A stretch of 64,000 nucleotides of DNA, taken from positions 372,001 to 436,000 of the forward strand of contig NW_026250409.1 of assembly GCF_024521635.1 (NCBI RefSeq). Reading direction: 5' to 3'. Position numbers and translations under genes: made by a program. Of this stretch, positions 37,076 through 50,262 are shown in pieces (position 1 is the stretch's first letter; every line of letters begins with the position of its first letter). The stretch is from Tricharina praecox. Taxonomy: Eukaryota. Under the pieces are notes generated by a model, which saw only the letters and a program-made list of their open reading frames with translations, made no database searches and had not been told where the DNA came from.

Positions 37076-40000
37076 ACCTGCCGCAAAGCCTCGTCTTGAC
37101 TCTTGACTCTTGACGGTTCCGACAATCACGTACCTACCTACCTACCTACATGTATGTGTGTAAGTGCTTACGCATGAACTCCAGGGCACGAGCACGGTAC
37201 GGTACCTATCACACGGTATCATATGGCGCTCCGAAGCCCCTGAAGCCCCCCCGCCCCCAACGCAGTGATACAATACAGACGACGGGAACACTTCAACGAA
37301 CCAATACTAGTGATGGGTTTGAAGCTGCGTGCGTGCCGTGGTGTGGCGTAGACATCCACATATGCAAGACCGGTAGATCCCTAGCACGGACGAGAAGTGA
37401 AGAGTGATACCGAATGACCGGCAACTAATGACCGGCACGACTGTACCCCCCTCGCATCGCAACCCACCGTGGCGTCGTCGTCGGCGGCGGCAGGCATGGT
37501 CGCCGCCCCCTCCCCTCGCGGTGGGACTGGGAAGAAACTCCGCCCCAGTCGAAGCGGCAGTCGCGTCTGCCGGGTCGCTCCACTCTGGGCTAGGAGGCCA
37601 GGAGAGATCGCCGTGGACTTGTGGTCACTGGGCGGTCTTCTGACTGGCTGCGAGGTTGCGTGGCTGCGTGGTTGCGGGATCGAGCAGCTGGGCATGGCTG
37701 CGGAGGCTTAGCTTAGCTTTACTGGGCTTTACTGGGCTTTACTGGGCTTTACTGGGCTTGGATGGCTGGCTGGCTGGATGGCTGGATGGATGGCCGAATG
37801 ACTGGCGGGATGGATGGATGGCTGGATGTATGGATGATGCATGGCTGGACTGATGATGATGCATTGATGACCGGCTGATCGTCATCGGGCGCAGACTCCA
37901 GGGACGCAGACTCCAGACTCCAGAGAAGCTGCAGCAGCTGCAGCAGCAGTGTAGCAGTGCAGCACCGACCATTGCAGAATCGACGCATCGGCTTCATCGA
38001 CTCCATCGGTTCCATCAGTTCCATCCACCCATCCATCGACTCCGAGCACCCATCCAATCCATCCAATCCATCCAACTCATCCAGCCCAGCCCAGCCCAGC
38101 CCTCCGCACAGGAAGTGACGCCGCCCCGCCCATTCCCCTCCACCCCTCCGAACACACCCACCGCACCCACCACACCCACCACCTTCCGCCCCGGACTCCC
38201 GAAGTCCCGGAGCAGCACAGCCACGGAGCACCAAGCACCTGACCGATCGACCGACGGACTTCCGCCCGCCCTTCTCGGACTTCCACCCTCCTCGGAACTC
38301 CGTCTGTCCGTCTGTCCGTCCGTCCGTCGCCCTACGCAGCACGGACATCCACCGTTCCACAGGCCGGTCCGGCACCGGCCGTTTCGGAGCCGGAGTTAGG
38401 GTCGGAAACCAGCTTTGCCGCTTCCGCTGTCCGTCCGCCCCCGCCCCCGCCATCCATCAATCAATCCATCCCCGCCGGTCCTCCCCACCCCACCCATCAA
38501 GGTGCCATCTCCGCCGGCGTCCCCTAGGTTCCGCGCCAGCCGGCTTTGGTATGGGGTGCGAGAAGTAATACGAGAACCCCCGCGAGGGCATCTCCTCCCC
38601 CCCGGTCCCATCCCGCCATCCCGCCATCCCCCCGGCCCCATCTCAGAGCTCAAGCTCAAGCTCAAGCTCAAGCTCCAAAAAAACAAGCTCTCGGGCTCAT
38701 CGCAGAAGCCATCGGATTCATCATGTAAATCATCGAATGCAAGTGAACTGTCAGTCAGTCTTCTTGAAGGGAAAATGAAATGAAATAATCTTTCTCATTT
38801 TTTTTAACTCGAATGGATGGTCCCCCCTCTTCCATGATCCACGAAATGTAGGTGCCATGTACCATGTATCTATCCAACCTCAACCTCAACCTCAACGAAA
38901 AAAAACAGCAACCAGTAACCAGTCCCACAGTCCCACAGCACTCGAGCCAATTTTGTAAACATTCGATCGATCGACGGGTAAGGTAAAAGAGTGGAGATGA
39001 TAGGTATCGCGAAAATCGGAAAAATCGGAACCCAGAATGATGATGATGACGAGGAAACAGAGAAAAAAAGATTATATGAAGAGAAGAGCTTTATATACTC
39101 CCCTATTCTGTTTTTTTCTTAAGTTCCCTTTGCTTTATAGTAAAGGCCTTCATCCTTCCCGGAGGTCAGATGGTAAAATATCCCCCCTCTTGCCGGTATG
39201 TAGTAGTGGATAACCCACCACTACCCTTTGCCGTAATCCCCCCATACCCAATCCACCGTCCATATCCCCAATACACTCCACAACAACAACGGCAACAACA
39301 TCTATCAAGACAAACCACCCCCCACACCCGCCGCCAACCCATCCACAACCCCAAAGCCACCTCCCAATCCCAACTATGCTACATACATCTTTCCCCCACA
39401 TCTTCTCGCCGCAGCAGCCCATCGTGGCATGCAAAAAATAATATCCGGAGCCGACGGGGTCGACTCCATAGGCTGTTAGAGTAATAAGCGCAGAAATCAA
39501 CAGGAAAACGAAACAAAACCGCACAAAGTGATATCGCCAAGCACACAAGCAAAACCAACCACGAGCAAAGAACCCCCACAACCCAAAATGACACCGCTGA
39601 ACAGAAAAGAAAGGTAGAGAGAAGTAAACAATCCATCGTGAAAAATTTGCAAAAAGCCAGACCCAAAGAACCCAAAGAACCCAAACCTCGCCAGAGACCG
39701 AAGGAAATGCAGAGTGGTAATGAAAACAAAGGAAAGAGGTGTTCGAACAGGGAATGTGAGTGAGAGAGGAGCAAAGATACAGAGCAAACCCAAGAATATA
39801 CAGTGAGAAGAGGTCGCAAAATCCACACAATGTGAGTAAGAAAAAGTCCACGCAAAAGGAAAAGTAAAAAAGACACCGAAAAGAAGTATGTACGCATGCA
39901 ACTGAGATAAGGAGGACCTCCGGGCACATTGAGGGGGTTAATTGGATGAGACATCCGAAATTGAAAGCGAATCGCGCCCCTAAAGCCGAACCAGGAAAAA

Positions 40001-40201
40001 TTGACAACCGCTGAGGACCTTTATTCGTCTCCCTCGGCGCTCCAGTGCTGAACTTGAGACTTTTGTGACCAAATGCTAGATCGAATCTCTCGTAATGTTG
40101 AAGATGGAAAGAAACAATGCGTGCATGTTGATGGCGAAAGAAATCCAACCGAAAAGATAACCGAAAGAAAGAAAGAAAAGGCTGTCGTCATCCACGAAGG
40201 A

Positions 40202-41742
40202 TTAAAGCGAGAGATCTTCCCAACCGCCCCCGACCCACTCCTCGGCGTACTCGTCATCGTCGGCAAAGCAACCCGGATCGGACTCGAAGCTCCAGCTTCT
40301 ACGCTTGAGCTCCAGCTCCCTCTCCTTGCGTTCACGTTCCTCTTCTTCCTCATCTTCAATGACCCAATCGGACCAAGACTTGGAAGCAATCGAGGCAGCT
40401 GCGACGCTAGCCTCGAATGTGGAAGTAGTAGTAGTGGTAGCGATGGGAGAGGGACGGGTCTTGATGTCGATCTTATCGGAGCGAAGCTTGAACTCGGTGG
40501 TCGCAGGGGCCGACGAGAACGAAGCACCGAGACCAGAGTCGTAAGAGGCAGGGTGAGCGACAAAGTAGCCCATGTTCTGGGCGTACTCATCGGGCTTGTC
40601 CTTGAACATGTCCTCGGTGTAACGAACAGTGTTCTCGTTCTCATCCGGGATGGCAGAGAGCTGGCGAGGCTGGGGAGACTTGTGCAGAGCTTCGGCCCAC
40701 GAGAAGGCACCGTCCGCGTTGAGCGCCGGGGTCTGGATCGATGGGGTGCGAAGGGGCTCGCGGTTGACGCTCGCAGGGATGACGTCTCTGTCGTCAGTGA
40801 GGAAGTCATCAAGACTCTCGTCATCAGTGGTCCAGCTGACAACACGCTCAATGCTCTCACGAAGGTCAGACAGTGAACGCTCCTTAGGGTTCATGCGCAA
40901 GCAGCAACGAAGGACCTCGTAGGCGTCGTACGACAGGGTTGGGAAGATGTCAAAGAGAGCCTCCCTGTCGAAGGAGAAGTCGGCGAAGAGAGGGTCGCTG
41001 TCCGTCGGGGTAGTGAAGGGGTTGCGGGAAAAGAGAATGTTAAGCAAACAGATCCCGATGGCCCAAACATCAGCCTGCTCCGGCGAGTAGCCTCCTATGG
41101 CATCGTACTGCTCGGGAGCCATGTAGCGGTCGCTGCCCACACCACTCTCCTCAGTCCACTGTTCGGTGGTCGCAAGACCAAAGTCACCAAGCTTTACATG
41201 GCCGTCCTGAGTCAAGAAAATATTCTCCGGCTTGATATCGCGGTGGTATACACCCTTAGAGTGCATGTGCTCCACCGCAGATACCAGCTGCAGCATAAAG
41301 GTCTTGACGTGATCGGTTTCCAAGGGACCACGTCCGAGACGAATGGCCTCGTAGAGATCTCCATTGGGGCAGAACTCAAGAACGAGGAAGTTGTGGCATT
41401 CAGTCTCGAAAGAATCCAAGAGGTTGACTATGTGTGGGTGACTACCGAGCTGTTGGTGGAGGGCGGGCTCCTGCGAAAGCTCGTCGACGGAAAGGTCGGA
41501 CTCGGCAGCAGCCGCGGAGCCTGCCTTCACGCTACACTTGACAGCGACGAGCTCGTTGCTGATGATGTCCTTGGCAAGGAAGACCATTCCGAACGAACCA
41601 TGGTTAAGGAGGTTGATAGCTTCATAACGTCTGCGACCCCAGTCAGAACGACCATTCAACCCCAATTGCACACCCTCCTAAGCGGGGTCACATACCCTCC
41701 AAGCGTCACACCCTCCCTAAAGGTATCTCTCATGCATTCCAT
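40202..41742 (-). CDS. Ser/Thr protein kinase of the Ksp1/Ran1(Pat1)-like group, 491 aa, 2 coding exons
   Basis: Exons 41742-41696 and 41630-40202 (intron GTATGT...CTGAC...CAG). MECMRDTFREGVTLGGRYEAINLLNHGSFGMVF, VAVKC, GDLYEAI, YHRDIKPENIFL, KLGDFGLAT, GVGSDRYMAPE, DVWAIGICLLNILFSRNPF. Confidence 0.93.
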
Positions 41743-43498
41743 TGCGGCTTGGTTTTGTGTTGGACGTTTGAAAATGGGCTTAGTCGATTATGATAGTGGT
41801 AAGAAGGTAAGCTATGAAGGCGCTCGAGTATCAATCGAGAGCCTGCAATGCAAAAACACGTTCTATGCGCAGGCGTAATCCGCTAATTTGACAGGTGTTG
41901 ATACAGCTGGACGTTCCTATCCGGAGGCACCAGACCGAAGTAGAGAGAAAGAGGTGGTGGCGGCGGTGGTAGTGATGGTAGTAGTAGTGGCGGAGATGAA
42001 GGCGGAGGCGATAGAGGTAGAGGACGATCAGGAGGAGGAGGAGGGACTCCGAAGCAGAACGCACGCGGTCTGTCCGTTATACGATGTTACAGCACGTTGG
42101 ACTGTGGAGGTGCTCTTGAGTGCGGTTGCGAGACGTGTCTAGCTTGAACGTGTGCGAGGATATTGGACCGAGAAACGAAAGGGAAATGTGGACGACCTGT
42201 TGACCTATAACTCCTGTGATACCGACATGAAAAACAGACGAGGTTGATTGCCTAATAGAGGGAATCGAAAAAAATCGTGGGCGTTGAGAATTCGAAGGAA
42301 TGAACTAGCTTATGAGTGCATTTGCAGTGCGATGTTGTATTGTATGGACTGAGTAACAGGGGTCAGTGAAGAATCACACAATGGGGAGCGTCCCAAAAAA
42401 ATGATTCCCATACCAGTTTTAAAGATTGACAAGAAGGAGTAGGAAAGTCGTTAGAAGAGGGACTCTTGCGAGCCCGCGGTTTTAAGACCTTTTCTTCTCC
42501 CGAGACGGGTTATTGTCCACACGCGCAAATGATATTTCGAGACGGGCGAAGTTGGACGATCTAGGGGGAACGTTTAACGGTTCGAACACTGTCCTTCCGA
42601 TTGTCTTTGGCCCTTCTTCCAACGAACGAAGTTTCCTAATGCTCTCTATCGTCTGTGACTGTAGTAGTAGTAGTAGTCGCGTGAAACGTCGGTCGCTGCT
42701 GTTGGTGATGGGTCGGATTCCGCGATGTGAGGAGGCGATGAGTCGAATAGGATATCGGGAGCTCGAGCTACTGCTGCAATGGGAGTTTCTGTATCCGGCT
42801 TAAAGAGATCTGCTCAGTGGGTGACGGCGATGGGGCAGTGATGGTAAAACTGCTGATTTCGCGGTGTGCTGTGTAGCCTTCAACTTTTTTTTGTTTATGC
42901 GTATTGCTGTCGATTTGTTTGATGGGCTGGCGAGCAGAAGGATCTCTATGCTGATGGATTGCAGGGAGGAGACCGAAGTGGCGGGATGACTGGAGGGGTG
43001 ATGGAGGTTGAGGATCGGAGGAGTCGGAGTCGGAGGGTTGGAGAAGTTGAAGGTGGCGAACGAAGAGGAAGGGGAGGGGGGGTGGGGGGGACGGGGAGAT
43101 TAACGACGAAGACGGAAGACTACTTTTGACGATGGATGACTCGGAAGGAGAGCTCAGGACTGTCCGGGACAGAGGACAGATGGGTTGGTACGAAGACAAC
43201 GCAGCAGTAGTAAATGACTGGGGGGGTGGAACCAGGGCGGCGGCGGAACTTGTTGCTGATAAAAGGGTAACTAAGGGAAACGGGAGCAAGTCAAGAACAA
43301 GTCAAGTCCAGTCAAGGCAAGTGTCGGAGGAAGGAGGAGAGAGGATGGATGGATGGGGTGGGAATTAGCACGGACACGGCTATGATGGTGTGGATGGAGG
43401 CAAGAGAAAGGTCCAGAAGGCGTGTGGACAGTGGACGAGCGAATAGCAATCTCGGACCGAGCCAGAGGATCCAAAATGATTTTTGGTATTTTATTTTT
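41743..43498 (-). promoter_or_regulatory. Putative long 5' leader of the kinase with a 65-nt intron and two micro-uORFs
   Basis: Intron 42413-42349 (GTATGG...CTGAC...CAG). uORFs at 42321-42310 (MHS*) and 42228-42205 (MSVSQEL*). No other minus-strand ATG outside the intron in this interval; CT-rich stretch near 43.0-43.4 kb. The TSS is not known. Confidence 0.6.
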
Positions 43499-46400
43499 CA
43501 TTTCCAAAATCATTTCCATTTTATTTATTTATATTCTCAACTTATTACGAGTGTACTGGTCTAGCGCTGGCCCTGGCCCCTCGACGTACAGTCGCAGACT
43601 GGTGGACCGTGGTGGTGGTGGTGCCTTTCTTTGCCCTCGAAACTGGACAGCCTGCGAGTATCCATCTGCTCTGCTTTACTCGTACCAAAGGTACTTTCCC
43701 ATCAAGATTTCCTGGAGCCGATACAAATCTCAGCGTTAACGGAAATAAGGGATCCCAAGCCGGCAAGCACATATCCGAAGCAAGAAGGAGGAGGCCGGGC
43801 CTGTCTGGGAGGTGGGTGACGAATGATGTGTGGTGGTGGTGGTGGTGGGTGGGTGGTGGGTGGTGGGTGGTGGGTGGTGGGTGGTGGTGGTGGTGGTGGG
43901 TGGTGGATGGTGGTGCACTTGGGTGACCTGTGCGTTGCGGACGCGTGTTGGTATGAAGAAGAGTGGCCAAGAGGGGAAATGCGGACGATTAGGAGGGGGG
44001 GCGGAGGGTGGGGTGAATAATGACAGCGCGCTTTACGATTGGCCCTGACGGATTAGCGCTGCCGTGGGCCTGCCTGCTTGCCTGCAAGTGCCTGCAATAA
44101 CGATCGCTATTTATTATTCGAATTTAACCATTTAGTTCTTTATTTCTTTTTGTTTTTTTCTTTTTGCATATTTTTGTTTTCCTTCTTTTTTTTTAGCTGC
44201 AGTGCAGAACCGGGCTCTGATTGAACGGGGGGCGGTGGGGGGAGGGGGGTGTGGGGTGTGGGCGCGACGCCTGCTGAGTGGCCAGCGTGCAGGGAAACCG
44301 AGGGTTCAGGGAGAGAGCGAGAGAGAGATGATGTGATGGGGCCAGCCAATCTAAATCCTGCCAGCCTCCGTCGCGTCGTTTCTGACGGCTGCTTGTGGGA
44401 ATAGATCGTCATGTGGGATTGATGAGCGCACAACCCTCCTCTTCGCCCTCGTCCTCCTCGTCCTTGTCCTCCAGGAGCGAAGAGAGACGTGCAGCTTTAC
44501 TCGAGGTGCCAGCGTCCCACCACCACCGTCCACCGTCCACCGTCCACCGTCCAGCGAGCGTCTCGTGGGGAGTTACTGGCACACCGACGAAACGCCGCTA
44601 GAACGCTAGACCTCAAACCCGCATGCATCCACCTGCAAGCCAGATGTGGATGGATGGATGATGGATGGATGGGCGAGGAAGGAAGGTTGGGGTTGGGGGC
44701 AGAGCTATTCTTTGGAGGTGGTTGTATGTGTGCATATTACCTACTTGCATAGACTACTTGTCGCTGCATCACGCAGTCCAAGTATGGATGCATGCCAGAG
44801 TGCCTGATCCCTATAGGCACCCTATAGAACGAAAGAAGGAAGCAAAGGAAAGGGGGGCGAGTCCGATAGGATTGTATGCGGGGAGCGAGCACACGAGCGG
44901 GCAAACGTATGTAGAGCACCGAACCTACTCTACTCTACTCCACTCTAGAGTACTCTCCATCACACTTCCGCATGTGCTGTTCTGTACTGTGCTGTGCTGA
45001 GCTGTGCGGTGCTGCAGTGTACACCACTCCGCGTAGGTCAGAGTACTCTACTCTCCGGTACATGCTCGAGCCGTCGGCCCACGGCGTTGCGTTCGGTCGG
45101 TGGCCCGGTGGGCGGAATGCCACGGAACGCGATGGAAAGAAAGAATGCAGCACCACGACTGGCGGCGGCGGATGGTTACCTACCAGGTACCTGCTCTACG
45201 CATACCTACGAAATATCGGCCGACGATGGCATCGCATAAGCAAGCAAGCAAGCAAGCAAGCTCTGCATGCCAGGTGAGTACCGCAGTACATAGCTCAGAA
45301 AAAAATGTTGGGAAGCGAAAAGGTATCATGCGACATCCATCATCATCTGCGTGATTCACGACGACAGACAGACAGACACAGCCATGGATGACGAAGCGAC
45401 GACGACGGTTTGGTTTGGCTTTGCTCGGCTCTCGGAATACGGATGTGGAAGTCGTCGGACACGAATAGATAATGGATTATGGATTATGGCACCCGGCGGC
45501 AATAACTCCGCATTAGTTATTGGATATGGCTGCCTTTGTTTTTCCATCCATCTATCTACGGAGCGAGGTTTCCCGTTCATCACCCGTTCGAACTTCGAAC
45601 TCGTCACTGTTCGTCGAATCGACGGATGTGCATCTCTCCTCCAGCCGTTCTTTCACTGCTGCAGCGCTGCTGCTGCTTCCGACCGCTCGCCGGCGGGCGG
45701 GCGCAGAGAGCCGCAGAAGCACACGCAGAAGCAAAGCAGAAGCAAAGCAGAAGCAGAAGGAACATGTCCGAAATCACCAGACGGATCTCGCCATCTCGAC
45801 ATCCCATCCAAGCCGTTATGTACGCTACACTACGGTGACCACTGCCCAACACGGCTCACCTCTCACGGAGTCACGGACTTTTATTTCTGGTACTCTCCAC
45901 TCTAGGTTGGATGGACATTGGACGTACGTACGTAAATACCCGTCCATCCATATCCATCCATGATGATCCATCCTATTCCTACGAAAAAAAATCCTCCAAA
46001 AAAATATAATCAGCAATTGTCCTCCACCAGCCGGCGGCTGAGTTAAGTTGCGCGAACGATGTGTGTGTGGGTGGGTGAGTGGATGGGTGTGGCCATGATA
46101 TTGCACGACCGTGGCTGTGAAGGAGCGCTGCAGTCGCATTTGGAGCCGGAGATGGCAGCAGCCCGGCCGGCCGGGCCAGCGAGACGACGAGTCGCGACTC
46201 GCGAGCCTCGAAACAGACACTCCCATCTAAGCAAAACAAATTGCCTCCCAGGCTCCCAAGATTTCTGTTGGGGGCCCGGGGGGCGGGGGGGCCACCGAAA
46301 TAGGGATTCGTCAGGCATGCCGTCGATGTCGATGTCGATGTCGCCACACCTTCTTTGCTATGATCATCATCATTATTATCACCACCACCTCCGGGCTCCT

Positions 46401-49400
46401 CCAGGCTCCTCCTCCTCCACCATGACCTTGCAGCCAGAGCAGAGCGGCAGAGCACAACCTAACCAACAACAAAAAAATACGTACATACACACTCTACCTA
46501 CATATGCACGCGTAGGGAGTTCAAACTTCAAACCCACAAAGAAACAAAGAAAGAAGGAAAGCCCTGCGTCTACTCTAACTTCACCGTACACCGTACGTAC
46601 CCCAGATGGCACGTACTGGCAGAGCCTGCCGGATCTATCTATGTATATTCACCTGCCTGCCTGCCTGTGAGGCTGTGACGGTCTTGCAGGATGGATGGAT
46701 GGGCGGGCGGGAGGTGGTGATGGACGTATCGCTCGCGAGTCGCTCGTTCGCGCCCATGTATGTCAGAAACGGAAAAAGAAACCGGCAGGCAACAAGCAAC
46801 ATTGGACATAGGCGTACCTAATACCGACATGCTTACCGGTACTTGAGGATCTATATCAAAATCAAAATATCTGAAGCAGAAGAAGCAGAAGCAGAAGAAG
46901 AAGAAGAAAACCAGATCGATCGTGAACGGTGAGACCCTATGATACTACGGTATCTCCGTACAAAGTTACCACGACACGGCTTCCCACCACTCCGCCTGGT
47001 CATACCTACTCTACTGCCTTACTCCCTTACTCGACGCGGCAACGTAGAGTAGAGTATGTAGCAGCATCTTCAGCAGCCTCGCCGCCACAAATTACAATCA
47101 GCAAGAGGCCGAAAGTGCGATCGCGATATCGATAACGACGGATATCGTGTGCCCCGTTGCGTTGCGGCCCCGTAATCCGTTGCTATGGCTACATGCCTAG
47201 AGTACTTACACACCGCACATCACATATCGCACATCGCACAACACAACACGAGGCCTACCTATCATACCCATATCTAGAGTATCATACTGGAAGTTACCGG
47301 GAGTAGCTATGGCGATACTTCATAGTGGGATCTGCGTTCGCCGTCCCACCACCACCACCACCACCAGCAACCCTCCAACCTCCACCGCCGGCCACAGTCC
47401 ACCGTCCACTGCCTTCCCCGCAGTATCGTCTAAAAAGCAAGAAAGAAAAAAGGAAAGCACAGAGGAAAGAGGAACAGGAAAATTGAGCCCACCCTCCCAC
47501 CCCACCCCACGAAAGCACGAAGGCGCTCCCTGCCTCTGCCTCTGCCTGCCTTTCACCATGCCGTCCTCAAGACCCCCCCCCCCCCCTTTCCCTGCCGTTA
47601 CATACTCCACTCCGCTCTAACTCTAGAACAGGTCTGCTCGGTGCTCGACGGGCGGTCGGGCGGGTGGGTTGGGTGGTCGTCACCCTTCCCTTTCCTTTCC
47701 TCGTCCTCTCTCGCTCCCTCCCCCACAGTTTCAGTGAATGTTCCGCAGGCCAGGGCCTTGTTGTCTCGCTAACTACTAGTAACGCTGCCACGCTGCCACG
47801 CTGACACCTCTTGGCACGCTGAGTGTTTCGTTGAAGGTACCTAGATGAAGGTAGGTGATGTGGTGGGATGGGATGTGATGTGATGGGGTGTTTGGGTTTC
47901 GTCGTTGTAGCTATCAGAGTAGTGCACTTGCCTATCTTATCTTCCTGAGAGAGATCCCCCCTCTATCGATAGCTGGTGGTGAGTGTGTTGAACGGATAAT
48001 ACTCTACGTCTGTGTAGGTAGAGAGCTCAGAGGTACTCCACCTGACGTATATTTCTTGTCGCTGCTACATATGATAGTCCTACACAGGTACTCCTGCATC
48101 CCGTCCGGCTATATATATAGAGTACCTATCTCTAAAAGCGAAGGATCATGGTAACTATCATGAAGTAGAGTACCAACATACATACTCGAGTTTTGGGTAG
48201 ATGCGGTGGGTACGTAGTCCATCACTGAGCAGTGAGCAACCTCCCAGACCCGAACCCCGACGCCGGGCCCTCCCCCCTCCCCCTCTCGGGAGTTGCACTT
48301 TAGACAACAGCTGATGATGGTTATCCGATATCGATCGCGAACTGGTCCGCGAGAGCTACGGTGGTACCTACTAGGTAACCACTGCCCAAAGTAGAGTAGA
48401 CTAACTACCGGTACGTACTCTATCTGATTATCAGTTTCCGTCCGAGAATGTAGATTTGTACCGGTGCTCAGGTGGGTGTGAGAGTGATACCGTACTGGGC
48501 GTCTCTGGAGTCTGGAGTCTGGAGTCTGCTGCACACCCGGACGATATGGACGATGGACGATCCAACTTCCCCATGGCGGTGTTATGTAGCTGTTGGGCCT
48601 ACCTGCCTGAGCATATACATACATAATAGCCGGCGCGGAAGGAGTAGGGATACCGTATGTACCTGGGCATGGAAAGACGGTCTCGACTCGGACTCGACTC
48701 GGATGTGCTTGCCCTTTGCTCTGGGCGTGCAGACGGAGCACACTGACAGACGGACAGACAGGCAGACGGACGCTGCCCGTCGGCGGCTTGGTGTCGATGT
48801 CTGCACCGGACTGGCTGGCTGGCTGGCTGGACTGGCTGGCCGGATGTTTGTTCTGTTTATTGTACCACCACCACTCGATGCAATACAGCTTTGTCTGGCT
48901 GGTTGATGCGGTTCGAACTCTGAAGGTACCTCTGCGGCGCGGCGGCTGCAGACTGCTATTGAGACTCGGTATGTTTCTGCCGCGTGGTTGCGTATGGTAC
49001 CTTCCTGTGCACCTTGCTATGTAGAGCACCTACACATAACGGGGCACTCATCGGGCGCCCGATCGCAAGCCCAAGCCCAGTCCAAGCCCAAAACCAAAGC
49101 CGCGGCCGCCCGTCGGGCGTCATCGGACACCCGCGAGTCGGGACGTCACCAGCAGCAGTCGAACGAGAACGAGAACGAGAAAGGCCTAGACTCTGCTGCG
49201 ACATGTTATGTAGTACAGGGCTCCGCCACTTTGCCACCTCCACCTCCACCTCTACCACCGCCGCCCATCGCCGCCGCTGTCGCGGCCGCCGTCGCAGCCC
49301 TGCGCACGAGTTCCCCACCGAGCGAGCGACGAGACCGCGATGACGCCACCTGACGAGCGACGGTCGCCATCGCCCGCCATGGCATCGCCCGCCCGCACGC

Positions 49401-50217
49401 CCGGCTTCCGCTCCGTACTAGTAGCTACTGGCACCTCCTGGCACCTACTGGCACCGACTAGAGCAGCGTGTGATGCCCGGCCGTTACATAACCAGCACCC
49501 ACCAGTCCCACTAGCACCCACTAGCACAGCTACGCCATCTCCATCTCCATCTCGTGATGCCCGCACGGCGCACACCACTCGCAAGTTCGTAACCATCCAT
49601 CCACCTGGCAGGCTGGCACCGACCTATCGAGCGACCTATCGAGCGACCGGCCGGACGGTCGGGTGCGACGACGTCGCGTGGTCCCGTGTCATGTGCCAGC
49701 CTGCCTGCCTGCCAGTGAACTTTGAAGTGGTCACACGCAGCCTCCTCAACCACCACTTCCACCACCACGCAGCCCCTCCTCCACGCAGCCCCTCCTCCAC
49801 AACCACGACGCAGCCCCTCCCTCCCTCCGGCCCTGCATTCTTCCCAACGGACCCAACGGAAACGGAGACGTCGGCTCCTACACCTTCCCTAAACAAAACA
49901 ACCGGAAAGGAAACAGCACCGCATCGTGTGTACGCATGGTCACTGGTCGTGATGGATGCTACATAGATGGTGGATGGGCTATGATGTGCACAATGAATTA
50001 TGGAAAATGGAAATGGAAATGGCAGCGGCAGTTCCAACGGAGTTATGGCCATTGACGCTGGCTTGGTGTCCCTAACAAAAAGAAAAGACAAAACAGGACA
50101 GCTTGGACTGGAGGAATGCGACGGAATAGGAATGGATTATGGGTTATGGAATAAATCATAAGACAGGATGGGCCCTTGGAGACGGATAATTACTAGTACG
50201 ATATACTCTATCCGAGT

Positions 50218-50262
50218 AGAGATAGAGATAGAGATAGAGATAGAGATAGATAGAGATAGAGA
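50218..50262. repeat. (AGATAG)n microsatellite
   Basis: Read directly. Confidence 0.9.

Noticed and set aside
39150..40148. 332-aa hydrophobic ORF downstream of the kinase
   Set aside because: T-rich sequence consistent with the kinase 3'UTR; open in several frames with no recognisable motif.
40202..41742. Kinase as a PUK1-like gene needing A-to-I stop correction
   Set aside because: The reconstructed CDS has no premature stop.
41743..41790. Non-AUG in-frame N-terminal extension of the kinase
   Set aside because: In-frame TAA at 41790-41788, only 15 codons upstream of the ATG.
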